Virus record (IMG/VR): IMGVR_UViG_3300032245_001746 | Location: 248,001-312,000 of that record | Length of the DNA: 64,000 nt | Reading direction: 5' to 3' (one strand) | Shown: positions 1 to 10,498 of the stretch, one piece after another | Layout of the letters: each line of letters begins with the position of its first letter | How positions within the stretch are numbered: position 1 is the stretch's first letter | Translations under genes and position numbers: made by a program | The notes under the pieces: generated by a model | The model's input: the letters and a program-made list of their open reading frames with translations, nothing else | Told to the model about the DNA's origin: nothing | Database searches by the model: none

Positions 1-39
1 TCGTGAAATAAATAATTTCACAAAATTAATTGACATGTC

Positions 40-531
40 ATGATTACTTTTAAAGAATGGAACGAAAACAGAAAACCCTACGTTTATCAAACCACTTATT
101 TGATAAACGTAGATTCTATTTTTCAATCAAAATTATTTCCTGCTGCTGGTCAATCGGCTTGGTCTAAACCCGACATCACACGTCATTCTAAAAAAGGTGT
201 GTTTTTTGCTGATAATCCAAATGGAATAAAATATTGGGTTTGGAATTTGATAGAACAATCATATAACAATTCAGATTATCCATATGAAGAAAATTTGATT
301 CCAATTATATTAAAATTTAAACTAAACATAAATAGTTGGGAAAAAGATGATTTGGGAAATTTAGAAACACAAGGAAATTTCTTTACTAAAAGGTCTGTAA
401 ATCCTTTAGGAATAATGTTGTGGAATGGATCGGAATGGAATTCAGACCCAGAAGATGCTTATAATATAAAAAACTATTTTTCTGAAGAAGATTATTCAGA
501 AGACAATTATCCATATCCGAAAGTTTGGTAA
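40..531 (+). CDS. Hypothetical phage protein, possible ADP-ribosyltransferase-like fold
   Basis: YQTT...SIFQSKLFP...GVFFADNP loosely resembles the YHGT/xIxxxGL/GVYF pattern of ART-fold proteins; N-terminus MITFKEWNE resembles a capsid-targeting leader. Confidence 0.35.
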   Translation: MITFKEWNENRKPYVYQTTYLINVDSIFQSKLFPAAGQSAWSKPDITRHSKKGVFFADNPNGIKYWVWNLIEQSYNNSDYPYEENLIPIILKFKLNINSWEKDDLGNLETQGNFFTKRSVNPLGIMLWNGSEWNSDPEDAYNIKNYFSEEDYSEDNYPYPKVW

Positions 532-2390
532 CTATGAATATAGAATTTAAAAATTTATTATCAGAAATAGATTATGAAGATCATGAAGTAATTCATAATT
601 GGATGAAAGAAAACCCCAATAAATTGGCTTTTACCAATCTTTTTAAAGATAAAATTAGAGTGATATTACCACCAACAAATCAAAAAGATGCTATTAATAT
701 ACTTGAAAAAATTAAAAATGCAGGATATAAAATAGACTTTAATGCCGGATTAGTGTCTAAAGATAGACCAATCAAACTTGGAAGATTTGTTTTAAATAAT
801 GACATGTTTACTGATAAAGAAAAAAATTGGTGGAATAAATCTCCAAATCCTATAAAACAACTTGAATCTGTTGATAAAATTAAAAATTATTCAATTATAC
901 TTTCGCGTAGTCCAATAGATGTTCTTAGAATGTCTGATCACAAAGGTTTAAGCTCATGCCACTCACCAGGTGATGATTATTTTAAATGTGCAATTGCTGA
1001 AGCAAAAGGTGAAGGCGCAATTGCATATTTAGTTAATAAACATGATTTAGATCTTCTTGGTGAAGATGAATTGCAAGACAAAGAAATATTTCAAGACTCA
1101 GATAGAAATATTAAAGGTATAAGACCATTAGCTAGAATAAGATTAAGAAGATTTGTTAACAAAAAAGAAGGATATGAATTCGCAGTACCAGAAATCAGAA
1201 CTTATGGAAATAAAGATTTCAATGGATTTTACGATACAATTAGAACTTGGTTATTAGATAAACAAAAAGAAAATACTGAAGGAAAAAGAGTTAGAATGAA
1301 AGATTTTGTTCTAACTGGAGGTACATATTCAGACACATCTGCATCAACATTATTTAATAAAATGTTTGATGATAAATTAGATTCTGGTAATGTTGAATAT
1401 GGCGGAAGTCAAGATGGATATGTTGATATTATTACACAATATAAAAACGAATTACAACAAATTGAAGAAAGATATCCATCAATTAATTGTATATCATATG
1501 ATACACAAGTCCCAGCAGAAGGTTATGATGATAATAATACAGTTTACATTTCTTTCAATGTTTATTTTAAAATAAATCTTCCAGAATATTTATTTAACAA
1601 AGAATCTTTTAAAAAATTTCAAATTAATAATAAACAAGTAAATTATTATTTGCAGTCGGAATTAGGATTCAATTATTTAGAACAAGTAGAAATGGATGAA
1701 AAAGATTATTCTATTAGTTGTTGGTATTCTAATGTTTATGATGATCCACAAAGAATTGAAGAATATCTTTCTTCATTAAATGAAACTTTAAATGAAAATT
1801 ATAATAAATTTTCTTATTCTTTATATAGAAAATTACAAGAGCTAGGAATAGCTATAAATAATGATACAAATAATCTTGTTAATCACAAAGAAGATCAAAA
1901 TTATCCTTTAACTAATTTTGAATGGGAAGTGGATAAAAAAGAACAATTAAGAATAATGGTAATTGATCCAATAAAACTAGGAGTATTAGATAAAGAAAAT
2001 CGATTACATCAAAATCATTTAATGAAAAAAGAAAATTTTAAAAAAGAATTGACATCATTTGTAAATAATTTAGAATATAAATATTTTAATAATATATCAA
2101 ATCGACAAAAATTTCTTTTTGATCCACAAATTCCTAAACATAAAATTTTAACAAAATTAGATTTATCAATTTATCCATTTTTAATAGATAACATCTATTA
2201 TGACTGTTGCAGAATGGAAATAGATTTTGACAATCTATTGTCAAAAGAAGATTTTCAAAAAATATACAAATTTGTTCAGTATATAGATGATAATTTTAAA
2301 CAATTTTGTAATTCAGTTGTAATTATTTACAATAAACATTTTCATAACATACAAAGTAAACAAAATTTAAATCAAATATCTTTCAACTAA
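525..2390 (+). CDS. Large hypothetical phage protein (621 aa)
   Basis: Long open frame with conserved-looking core SRSPIDVLRMSDH...SSCHSPG; no function recognised. Confidence 0.7.
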   Translation: MVTMNIEFKNLLSEIDYEDHEVIHNWMKENPNKLAFTNLFKDKIRVILPPTNQKDAINILEKIKNAGYKIDFNAGLVSKDRPIKLGRFVLNNDMFTDKEKNWWNKSPNPIKQLESVDKIKNYSIILSRSPIDVLRMSDHKGLSSCHSPGDDYFKCAIAEAKGEGAIAYLVNKHDLDLLGEDELQDKEIFQDSDRNIKGIRPLARIRLRRFVNKKEGYEFAVPEIRTYGNKDFNGFYDTIRTWLLDKQKENTEGKRVRMKDFVLTGGTYSDTSASTLFNKMFDDKLDSGNVEYGGSQDGYVDIITQYKNELQQIEERYPSINCISYDTQVPAEGYDDNNTVYISFNVYFKINLPEYLFNKESFKKFQINNKQVNYYLQSELGFNYLEQVEMDEKDYSISCWYSNVYDDPQRIEEYLSSLNETLNENYNKFSYSLYRKLQELGIAINNDTNNLVNHKEDQNYPLTNFEWEVDKKEQLRIMVIDPIKLGVLDKENRLHQNHLMKKENFKKELTSFVNNLEYKYFNNISNRQKFLFDPQIPKHKILTKLDLSIYPFLIDNIYYDCCRMEIDFDNLLSKEDFQKIYKFVQYIDDNFKQFCNSVVIIYNKHFHNIQSKQNLNQISFN

Positions 2391-3149
2391 TTTCAACATG
2401 TAATTTACGGAAGAATTTAAATTATATTCATACAAAATATCAAATGGATTTTGACTATTGTTTAATGAAAAACCTTCATTTTTATAATGATTTTTACTCC
2501 AGTTTGGAGCAAAACCATGTTGGTAATGAATAAAATTATTATTGATTCCATCATGCATTAAAGTTTGTTCTAATGCATCTACTTTAACAGTATATCTTGT
2601 ATTATTAAAATAACCATAATAAGCTTTTAATATTGACTGTAAAAAACAAGTTCTTTTTATTCGTTTTTTTATATAATTATCAATTAAACTATTAAAAAAA
2701 ATTTCTGGAAGTTGATTGAAAATCAAAACGTCACCAATAGGAATTAGTTCTGGATATGAATCTGTTTTTTTAATTATATCTTTAATTTCATTAACAATTA
2801 ATTGCTTGTCAATTTTTAATGTTTCTGGATTATAACTCGTTATAATATTTTCTTCATATGATGAAATGGGATTCTGAATCAACATATCTGGATGTATTAA
2901 ACAAACAGATTTGTTTTTTTCACTAAATTGCTTTAAAATAAAAAGTTTATCATAAAAATAATCTCCACTACTTTTATAATAAACTTTATTTTTATGATTA
3001 GAAATATTTTTCATATAAGAAGATGAATTAAATTTCCCATGATAAAGAAATAAATTATCTTCTAAATTATGATATTTGAAACTTTCAATACATAATTCTG
3101 TTTGCCATCTATGATAATAACTTCCATCAATAATCAATAAATAATTCAT
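2367..3149 (-). CDS. Glycosyltransferase-like protein (resembles peptidyl-serine galactosyltransferase / HPAT GT-A families)
   Basis: YYHRWQTELCIESF resembles the YFDWQT...SF N-terminal motif; HPDMLI at the DxD position; IHYQHG near the C-terminus. Confidence 0.5.
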   Translation of the reverse strand: MNYLLIIDGSYYHRWQTELCIESFKYHNLEDNLFLYHGKFNSSSYMKNISNHKNKVYYKSSGDYFYDKLFILKQFSEKNKSVCLIHPDMLIQNPISSYEENIITSYNPETLKIDKQLIVNEIKDIIKKTDSYPELIPIGDVLIFNQLPEIFFNSLIDNYIKKRIKRTCFLQSILKAYYGYFNNTRYTVKVDALEQTLMHDGINNNFIHYQHGFAPNWSKNHYKNEGFSLNNSQNPFDILYEYNLNSSVNYMLKLVERYLI

Positions 3150-3157
3150 AAACTAAA

Positions 3158-3889
3158 TTAGTAAGTCATTCCCTTTTTTATTGGAATATGAACTATTCTA
3201 GCTGTTCCACCATTATTAATTGGTTGAAATACTCTGTGAAAAATAACTTTCTTTAATTTTCCACCATTTTCTATTCCATATTGATCTATTAACTCTAAAC
3301 CTAATTTAATAAATTCTGAAGCATGATCTTCTCGATCATCCCAAAATTCTACAATTTCTATATTTGAATTCATTTTTTTGTTTTTTATTACATACAATTT
3401 ATGAGCAATAGTTGATGCGTCTGGTTTGCCCTTTAAAGTTTTTGGATAATCATCTTCATAATTATGATCCCCAGAATAATACTCTTCATGTGAATGATCA
3501 TCAACATGTACATCAAGTCCAGATTTAATTTCTGAATCATGTGAATTTTTTGCTTTTAAATTTGAATCTGGAATTACTCTCTTACCATGTAAACCATTTG
3601 TTCTTAGAACGTTTCTGACACCATGTGCAATTACACCACGTCGTCCAGTTAAAAGAATTACATCGGTTTTTGGATCAGTTGTGTCTGATTTAAATGAAGA
3701 AACAACCTCTTGATGAACTGCTCCATCATAATAAGGATGATTTAATGAATCTTTGTGACCCCACCAATCAGAACCAGTCCAATCAGATGGACGCTCTGGG
3801 ACATCAGCAATGGTTCCATCAAAATCATAAACTACCAACCTGTTCTTTAACACAACTGTACTTTCTATAAAATATTGTTTGAAATTCAT
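3158..3889 (-). CDS. HAD-superfamily phosphatase (Swiss Army Knife RNA-repair-like HAD)
   Basis: Motif I YDFDGT, WW...SL, motif II LLTGR, K of motif III, motif IV EFWDDR. Confidence 0.8.
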   Translation of the reverse strand: MNFKQYFIESTVVLKNRLVVYDFDGTIADVPERPSDWTGSDWWGHKDSLNHPYYDGAVHQEVVSSFKSDTTDPKTDVILLTGRRGVIAHGVRNVLRTNGLHGKRVIPDSNLKAKNSHDSEIKSGLDVHVDDHSHEEYYSGDHNYEDDYPKTLKGKPDASTIAHKLYVIKNKKMNSNIEIVEFWDDREDHASEFIKLGLELIDQYGIENGGKLKKVIFHRVFQPINNGGTARIVHIPIKKGMTY

Positions 3890-3893
3890 ATGT

Positions 3894-3901
3894 TATTTAT
3901 A
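3894..3901 (-). promoter_or_regulatory. T4-type late promoter TATAAATA
   Basis: Exact TATAAATA on the minus strand 4 nt upstream of the HAD gene ATG; AT-rich background lowers specificity. Confidence 0.45.
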
Positions 3902-3916
3902 AATTAAAAGGTAAAA

Positions 3917-4597
3917 ATGAAAAATAAATTTGGTAAATTTGGAGGAATTGGTGATTCCTCTATTGTAAAAGATTCTAATGTGCCAAAAGCATTAGAGTAT
4001 GAAAAAAGAATTAAAAAAGCTAAAGTCTTAGAAAACTTGTTTTTTGATAAAATTAAAAAAGAAATAGGATTTATTATAAAAAAGCCAACTGATTTTCAAG
4101 ATATGCATCAAGGAATTGATGGGTTTTTAATTTCAATTAATAATGGAAAATCATTTTTGAAAAATCAAATACCCTTCCAATTAAAAATTAGAAATTCTAA
4201 AGATGAAAGTCAAAATGGAATTTTAATTGAAATGATTAAGCCTTGGTTTCCAAGTTGTGATTTTCAACTTTTAAAAGAAAAAGCTTTCACTGGAAAAGAT
4301 TTTAAATGTAAAGCAGAATTACTTTTTAGTCTTTCTTCAAATGGTAAATCTCTAAGAATGAGAAAAATGAAAGAAGTAATAAGCAATTCAGTTTTATTAA
4401 CAAACGCTTTTCTTAAAAATTTTGAAACAAATAAAACTTTTATGTTTGAAAATCAATACGGACAATGTAGAATCATTCGGGAAAAATTTGAAGAATCAAA
4501 CGCTCATCTTGCTGGAAAAATTCAAAAATTAGTCTGCTTCCTCAATCCAGATGAATTTAAATGGAAAAAAGATGTAGAGTTTCAAACTAAACTTTAA
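3917..4597 (+). CDS. Putative PD-(D/E)xK nuclease-like protein
   Basis: DMHQGIDGF...PFQLKIR pattern (D...QxK variant). Confidence 0.45.
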   Translation: MKNKFGKFGGIGDSSIVKDSNVPKALEYEKRIKKAKVLENLFFDKIKKEIGFIIKKPTDFQDMHQGIDGFLISINNGKSFLKNQIPFQLKIRNSKDESQNGILIEMIKPWFPSCDFQLLKEKAFTGKDFKCKAELLFSLSSNGKSLRMRKMKEVISNSVLLTNAFLKNFETNKTFMFENQYGQCRIIREKFEESNAHLAGKIQKLVCFLNPDEFKWKKDVEFQTKL

Positions 4598-4609
4598 TAG
4601 AAAAAAACA

Positions 4610-6781
4610 ATGGAACTTAAAGAATTAACAAAAGAACAAAATGAAGTTTATGATAATATATTATCATCAATTAAATCTCAACAAATCACAACACTTGGAG
4701 GTTTCGCAGGAACGGGTAAGGCGAATGCAAATAGCTCAATAATTTACACTCCATTTGGTCCTAAAAAAATGGGCGATATTCGTTTGGGAGATCAAGTATC
4801 TAATCCAGATGGATCTGTTGCGAGGGTAATTGCTGTATATCCACAAGGCAAGAAACAAATTTATAAAGTTTCCTTTATCGATGGCAGATCAACAAGAGTA
4901 ACTGAAGATCACTTGTGGCTTTTTAGCATGGCATCCAAAAAATATAAAGCAAATAAAAAATATTTAAATGAATTTCCAAATAAGAAAATTTCTTATGAAA
5001 TTAATACAACAAAATTTTTAATTGATTATTTAAATCAAGAGAAAATTAAAAAAAGACCTTCATGGCCATTAATACCATTATCAAAACCAACACAATTTAC
5101 AATTATAGGCAATAATGAAAGATTATCTGTTGATCCTTATTTGCTTGGCTTGTTGCTTGGAGATGGTGGATTAACTAAAAATTGTTTAATTTTTACATCA
5201 GCAGATGAAGAATTACTTAACGCATTTATAGATAAAGGATATGTATTAAACAAATGCGCCAATTATGGATATGATTACAGACTTGTTGGTGAAAAAGCTA
5301 TAAAATTAAAAAAAGATTTAAAAGATCTTGAATTGCTTGAAACTAAATCACACACGAAGTTTATTCCTAAAGATTATTTGTTTTCATCAAAAGAAAATAG
5401 ATTGAAGATAATTCAAGGACTAATGGATACAGATGGCAGTTTAACCAAAAGTGGAACTTGTGAATATTCTTCTACATCCGAAAGATTAGCACATGAAGTT
5501 CAGTGGATAATCCGAAGTCTTGGTGGCAAAGCAACAATAAGAACTAAAATTGGAAAATACAGATCTAAAAAAACAAAAGAAATTGTTATTTGTAAAAAGG
5601 TTTATAGAGTTTATATTCAATTTGAAAATAAAGAATTATTATTTAATTTAAAAAGAAAAAAAGAAAATTCAAAATTATTTAATGGAGGCAATTCTGTACT
5701 TAAAAATAGAATGATTTCAATAGAAAAAGATGGAATTGAAGATGCTACGTGCATTCAAGTTGATCATCCAAATAGTCTTTATTTAACAGATGATTTTATA
5801 GTTACACACAACACGACTGTTGTTAGCCATTTAATTAACAAACTTCCAAATTGGAAAGTAGCCGCATTTACCGGAAAAGCTTCCAACGTTCTTAGAAAAA
5901 AAGGCGTTTTAGATGCTTCAACAATTCATAGCACAATATATAAACCAAGAACAGATGAATATGGAAATGTAATCGTTGATAAAAATGGAGTGCCAATTTT
6001 TGATCTAGCATCCAGCATAGAATGTGATGGTTTTATTATAGATGAAGCCTCTATGGTTCCAGAAGAATTACAAATTGATTTAAAATCATTTGGACTTCCT
6101 GTCATTTATGTAGGAGATCATGGTCAATTACCACCTATTGGTAAAGATAATTATCTAATGCAACAACCTATGTTTAAATTAGAAAAAATTCATAGAAACG
6201 CAGGAGAAATTGCAATGTTCTGTGAATATATTCGACGTGGATATAGCCCTAGATCTTTCTCTCAATACTCAAAAGGTTCCGTTGAATTTATTTCAAGAAG
6301 ACAAGCAGAAAAGCAATGGAAAAATGCAGATCAAATCATTTGTGCTTTTAATAAAACAAGAGTTGAAATTAATAAAAATATTCGAAAACAATTGGGATTT
6401 GAAGGAAATTGGCCACAAATTGGTGACAAAATTATGTGTCTTAAAAATAATTCTCAAGCAAAATTGTTTAATGGCATGCAAGGAATCGTTAAGTCTTTTT
6501 CTTACAAACATAAAAATAAATTTACATTCGAATCAGACGAAACTTTGTTTGATGTGTTTTTTGATCCAAGTCAGTTTAATAAAGAAAAAATGGAATTCAT
6601 AGGATCAAAAGATGATCCTATGCCATTTGATTTTTGTTATTGTGCAACTTGTCATAAATGTCAAGGTGATGAATTTGATTTAGGATATGTACTCGAACAA
6701 TCTTGTGATCTATGGGAATTTAAAAGATGGGCATACACAGCAGCATCTAGATTTAAACAAAAATTATATTGGGTCATTTAA
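4610..6781 (+). CDS. Dda/RecD2-like SF1B DNA helicase containing an intein
   Basis: Walker A GFAGTGK/TT split by the intein; AFTGKAS, STIHS, IIDEASM, VGDHGQLPP, TCHKCQGDEF, YTAASR motifs. Confidence 0.9.
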   Translation: MELKELTKEQNEVYDNILSSIKSQQITTLGGFAGTGKANANSSIIYTPFGPKKMGDIRLGDQVSNPDGSVARVIAVYPQGKKQIYKVSFIDGRSTRVTEDHLWLFSMASKKYKANKKYLNEFPNKKISYEINTTKFLIDYLNQEKIKKRPSWPLIPLSKPTQFTIIGNNERLSVDPYLLGLLLGDGGLTKNCLIFTSADEELLNAFIDKGYVLNKCANYGYDYRLVGEKAIKLKKDLKDLELLETKSHTKFIPKDYLFSSKENRLKIIQGLMDTDGSLTKSGTCEYSSTSERLAHEVQWIIRSLGGKATIRTKIGKYRSKKTKEIVICKKVYRVYIQFENKELLFNLKRKKENSKLFNGGNSVLKNRMISIEKDGIEDATCIQVDHPNSLYLTDDFIVTHNTTVVSHLINKLPNWKVAAFTGKASNVLRKKGVLDASTIHSTIYKPRTDEYGNVIVDKNGVPIFDLASSIECDGFIIDEASMVPEELQIDLKSFGLPVIYVGDHGQLPPIGKDNYLMQQPMFKLEKIHRNAGEIAMFCEYIRRGYSPRSFSQYSKGSVEFISRRQAEKQWKNADQIICAFNKTRVEINKNIRKQLGFEGNWPQIGDKIMCLKNNSQAKLFNGMQGIVKSFSYKHKNKFTFESDETLFDVFFDPSQFNKEKMEFIGSKDDPMPFDFCYCATCHKCQGDEFDLGYVLEQSCDLWEFKRWAYTAASRFKQKLYWVI
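4721..5812 (+). mobile_element. Class 3-type intein (364 aa) with LAGLIDADG homing endonuclease
   Basis: Begins ANANSSIIYTP directly after GTGK, ends IVTHN before Thr; block B TEDHLW, block F DATCIQV; LAGLIDADG motifs LLGLLLGDG and IQGLMDTDG. Confidence 0.9.
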
Positions 6782-7003
6782 ATGAATTATGAAGAAGTTA
6801 TTGAAAAATTAATACCATGCCCATTTTGTGGAAAAAAAGACAAAATTGAAATTACTTATTGTGATGAATTTTGTTGTGGAGCTAGACCAAGATGGATTAA
6901 TTGTGATTGTGGTTGCCAACTTTATGGAGATTGGTACTCTAATGATGATGTAATCAATTCTTGGAATAATAGAAATTATAATTCATACGATACCACTATA
7001 TGA
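6782..7003 (+). CDS. Lar-family restriction-alleviation-like zinc ribbon protein
   Basis: LIPCPFCG ... CDCGC ... INSWNNR pattern. Confidence 0.65.
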   Translation: MNYEEVIEKLIPCPFCGKKDKIEITYCDEFCCGARPRWINCDCGCQLYGDWYSNDDVINSWNNRNYNSYDTTI

Positions 7004-7043
7004 AAGTTATTAACTATTAATTTAGAATTATGAGAAAATTATT

Positions 7044-7644
7044 ATGAGAAGCAAAATTACAAAATGGTTTACAAATCAACTCAACCTTTCCTTCATAAGT
7101 CTGGGCGTTCCTAAAAATTATTCAATAGCTTTCGCTAAATCAATTAACGAATTAATGAATAACAAATCTCTTTATTACCATAATACTACCCATATTTTTT
7201 CAATAATCGAATTTGCAAAAAAATATAAAATAAAATTAGACAAAAAAGAAAGACATATTGTATTAATGCATGACGCATTTTTCGTTGTTAACTCAAAATT
7301 AAATGAAGATAATTCTGCTAAATTAAACCAAATGTTTCTGGAAAATTTCTGTGATGCCGAAACAGTTTCATTTATTAATCAAGGAATTATGCAAACAAAA
7401 CAACACCTGAATTCTGAAACCTCTAATTATGATCTAATACTAGACCTAGATCTACACTCTCTCTTTTGATTATTATGATTTCCAAAAAATTAATAAAAGT
7501 ATTTGTAAAGAAAATGAAGGAAATTCTACTAATTCAAAAGAATTTCTTAAATGTTTAATAAATAAACCATATATTTATAAAACAAAACTTTTCTTACCAT
7601 TTGAAGAAATTGCAAGAAATAATATAAATAAATATCTAAGTTAA
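7044..7644 (+). pseudogene. HD-superfamily metal-dependent hydrolase with a frameshift near 7458-7469
   Basis: YYHNTTH, MHD, NEDNSA, DLDL in ORF 7044-7469; the expected C-terminus (FLKCLINKPYIYKT...EEIARNNI) continues in another frame to TAA at 7644. Confidence 0.7.
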
Positions 7645-7653
7645 AGGAAATTT

Positions 7654-8145
7654 ATGAATAAAGAAACATTAAAAACTATTGGATTCGTATTGTTATTTCA
7701 AATACTAATATTAATTACTTTTCAAAAAGATATTATGGAATTTGTTAATTTTAAATTCAACCCACCAAATTTACAACAAAATATTCAAATTGAACAAAAT
7801 ATTCCGAAACAACAAAATGAACAATTGTTTGAATATACAACATATATTTCATCAAATTCAAAATTGTTAGATGAAATAGTAAATGATAATTCTAAAATTT
7901 TTACAGTTAAAAAAACATTCTCTGGAAAAAATCCAAATGTTGAAATAACATATAATGGATTCGAACCATGTCACCTTTACTGGAATGTTATTTCAAAAGA
8001 TAAATTCCAATTCTTCTACTTCGAACCAGATCAAACTATTATCTTTTCCTTCAAAGAAATGATGCCAGATACACCTTGTATCCTTCTTAAAAAAGAATCA
8101 AAAGACTACATTCTCATCGAATTGTCAAACATCACTTTACCTTGA
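7654..8145 (+). CDS. Hypothetical protein with N-terminal membrane anchor
   Basis: Hydrophobic IGFVLLFQILILITF; RBS AAGGA upstream. Confidence 0.6.
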   Translation: MNKETLKTIGFVLLFQILILITFQKDIMEFVNFKFNPPNLQQNIQIEQNIPKQQNEQLFEYTTYISSNSKLLDEIVNDNSKIFTVKKTFSGKNPNVEITYNGFEPCHLYWNVISKDKFQFFYFEPDQTIIFSFKEMMPDTPCILLKKESKDYILIELSNITLP

Positions 8146-8164
8146 TAAAAACTGATGGTATAAT
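8136..8164 (+). promoter_or_regulatory. Sigma70-type promoter with extended -10
   Basis: TTTACC-N17-TATAAT with TGG before the -10, upstream of the 8201 gene cluster. Confidence 0.5.
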
Positions 8165-8200
8165 CTAAAATCAAAACAAACTATTTTAGAAAATATTAAC

Positions 8201-8626
8201 ATGATAATAGGGTATAAAGGAACTTACAATTTCACTTGTCTTAGTCATAAATATGAAATTGGTAAATCTTATGAATTACCATACCATCCAATTCCTCGTC
8301 AATATGGATTTCATTATTGTAAAAATCCAAAACATGTTTTAGGTTATTATAATATCACACCTGATTTCAAATTAATTGAAATTGAAGATCTAAGTAAAGA
8401 CACAAAAACAGAATACGATAAACGTGTAACAAATAAATTGCGTGTTATTAGAGAAGTTTTAATAGAAGAATATTGTAAATTATTTAATCAACAAATTGAA
8501 ATTAATGGAAATCAAGTTAAAATCACACGCCCAAATGGATCATGGAATATATGTGAATATCATAATAATATGATAATTAACTATGAAGATTCAAATAAAA
8601 TAGTCCGTAAATATAAAAGAATATAA
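8201..8626 (+). CDS. GYKGT/GFHYC-domain phage protein (DUF7666-like), family B
   Basis: GYKGTYNFTC..KYEIGKSY...YGFHYCKNP...VTNKLRVIRE shared with six or more paralogs in the window. Confidence 0.7.
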   Translation: MIIGYKGTYNFTCLSHKYEIGKSYELPYHPIPRQYGFHYCKNPKHVLGYYNITPDFKLIEIEDLSKDTKTEYDKRVTNKLRVIREVLIEEYCKLFNQQIEINGNQVKITRPNGSWNICEYHNNMIINYEDSNKIVRKYKRI

Positions 8627-9400
8627 TTATGCTATCAAATATGTCAACCTATATGGTAATATGTATTTTTATTATCGGAATAATAAAAATTGTTTGTAAA
8701 AACAAATGCTATATGGATCTAGGTTTCTTCGAATTAGATGAAGAATTTAAAAAAGAACATGAACTTCAAGAAAATATTTACTTCTTCTCCTGTTTAACAA
8801 TGTACATTCTAGCTTTAATGCAATTATTCATGGTAATTCTTACAAGTATATCTCAATTGTTTTTAATAATAATAATCGTTACAATATTCTATGTGAGAAA
8901 TCAAGAAAATTTTAAAAAGGAAACTACAAATGAACCACCCAGCAATAATAATACTTAATGCATTACTAAATGGACAAGAAATCAAAACAAATAATATGAC
9001 ATACGTCATGAGTAATGATGATCAATTTGGAGTAAAAGTAATAGATGAATCTGGAGAAGAATGCGTAATGATCACAGATTACTCCATTAATTGGCTACTT
9101 AAATTCGCTAATTCACTAACTCCAGATGAAATCACACTCATTGCAGCAAACACAGCATTTAATAAAGTAAAATTCAATGAGTCCAGATGATTTGTTAGCA
9201 TATCTAGCCGCTAAACCTAAAAAAGAAAAACCAACTCTCGCAAAATCAGATAAATCCATGTTAAAAGCATGGATCTATCTAAGAAATAATAAATACTTTA
9301 TTAATGATGTTTTATGCAGACATGGTCTTTCAAGTTGCTATCAAATTGATGAAATCGAACATGAACACGCTATCGCAAATGCATGGAGCCATATATCAGA

Positions 9401-10498
9401 TTATCTAGCTAATATTTGACTTAAATCTTTTAACGCCATTCCAAATACAGCATCCATATCTAAATACTTATAACTACCTAATCTGCCTCCAAATAATACA
9501 TTGTCAGATTTACTCTTTTCATAATACTTTTTATATAATTCCTGATTTCTAACACTATTTACAGGATAATATCTCTCTCCACCTAATTTATACTCAATAG
9601 GATATTCCTCAGTTATTATCGTATGTTTTAAATTTAAATTATTAACAAAATGCTTATGCTCAATCACACGTGTATAAGGAATGTTTATGTCTGTATAATT
9701 AACCTGAGCTATCCCCTGATAATCACTAATTTCATGACGATACTCTTTAAAATTTAAACTTCTATATTCTAAAAAACCATAACAATAATTATAATATTCG
9801 TCTATACTTCCACTGTATATCAAATTCTTAGCTATTGATTTCCAGTTTAAATCAAACTCTTCACCTAATTTAACCTCAATACCATCCAACAATCTACTAA
9901 ATATATTGGTATAACTTCCATTCATTGGTATTCCACTATACTTTGAATTATGATAATGATCATTATCGTTATATCTAATTGGTAATCTTTTACCTATAGA
10001 ACAAGGAATATTACTGCAACTCGTTCCCCACTGCTTCTCAGAATATCCCTTGTAAAATTTTAAATATATCTCCTCACCTAATTCATTTAATACATGTTTC
10101 TCTAAATTATCCACTTTATCAAAATGTTTTTTTCTTAATTTTAATTCATTTAATACTTCTTCTTCATTATTACAACCCCATAATTGATTAAATGTTTTTA
10201 AATTTATAGGAAAACTGTAAATCTCGCCCTTATAATTTACTTTCACTTTGTGATTATAATTATTTATAGGATATATTGAATTCACATATTCCCAAATTTT
10301 ATCAGAATTAGTATTAAATATATGAGGTCCATATTTATGAACCTCTATTCCATCTACACTCTCAGTATAACAATTACCACCTATATGACACCTTCTATCA
10401 ATTACCAAACAACTCTTACCAACTTTAGTTAACTCATATGCAAGTACACTTCCATATATTCCACTGCCCACAATCATATAATCATACATGCTTACCAC
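9401..10498 (-). CDS. glf: UDP-galactopyranose mutase
   Basis: IVGSGIYG FAD motif, HIGGNCY, HKYGPHIF, YSEKQWG, RYYPVN, GRLGSYKYLDMD. Confidence 0.95.
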   Translation of the reverse strand: MVSMYDYMIVGSGIYGSVLAYELTKVGKSCLVIDRRCHIGGNCYTESVDGIEVHKYGPHIFNTNSDKIWEYVNSIYPINNYNHKVKVNYKGEIYSFPINLKTFNQLWGCNNEEEVLNELKLRKKHFDKVDNLEKHVLNELGEEIYLKFYKGYSEKQWGTSCSNIPCSIGKRLPIRYNDNDHYHNSKYSGIPMNGSYTNIFSRLLDGIEVKLGEEFDLNWKSIAKNLIYSGSIDEYYNYCYGFLEYRSLNFKEYRHEISDYQGIAQVNYTDINIPYTRVIEHKHFVNNLNLKHTIITEEYPIEYKLGGERYYPVNSVRNQELYKKYYEKSKSDNVLFGGRLGSYKYLDMDAVFGMALKDLSQILAR

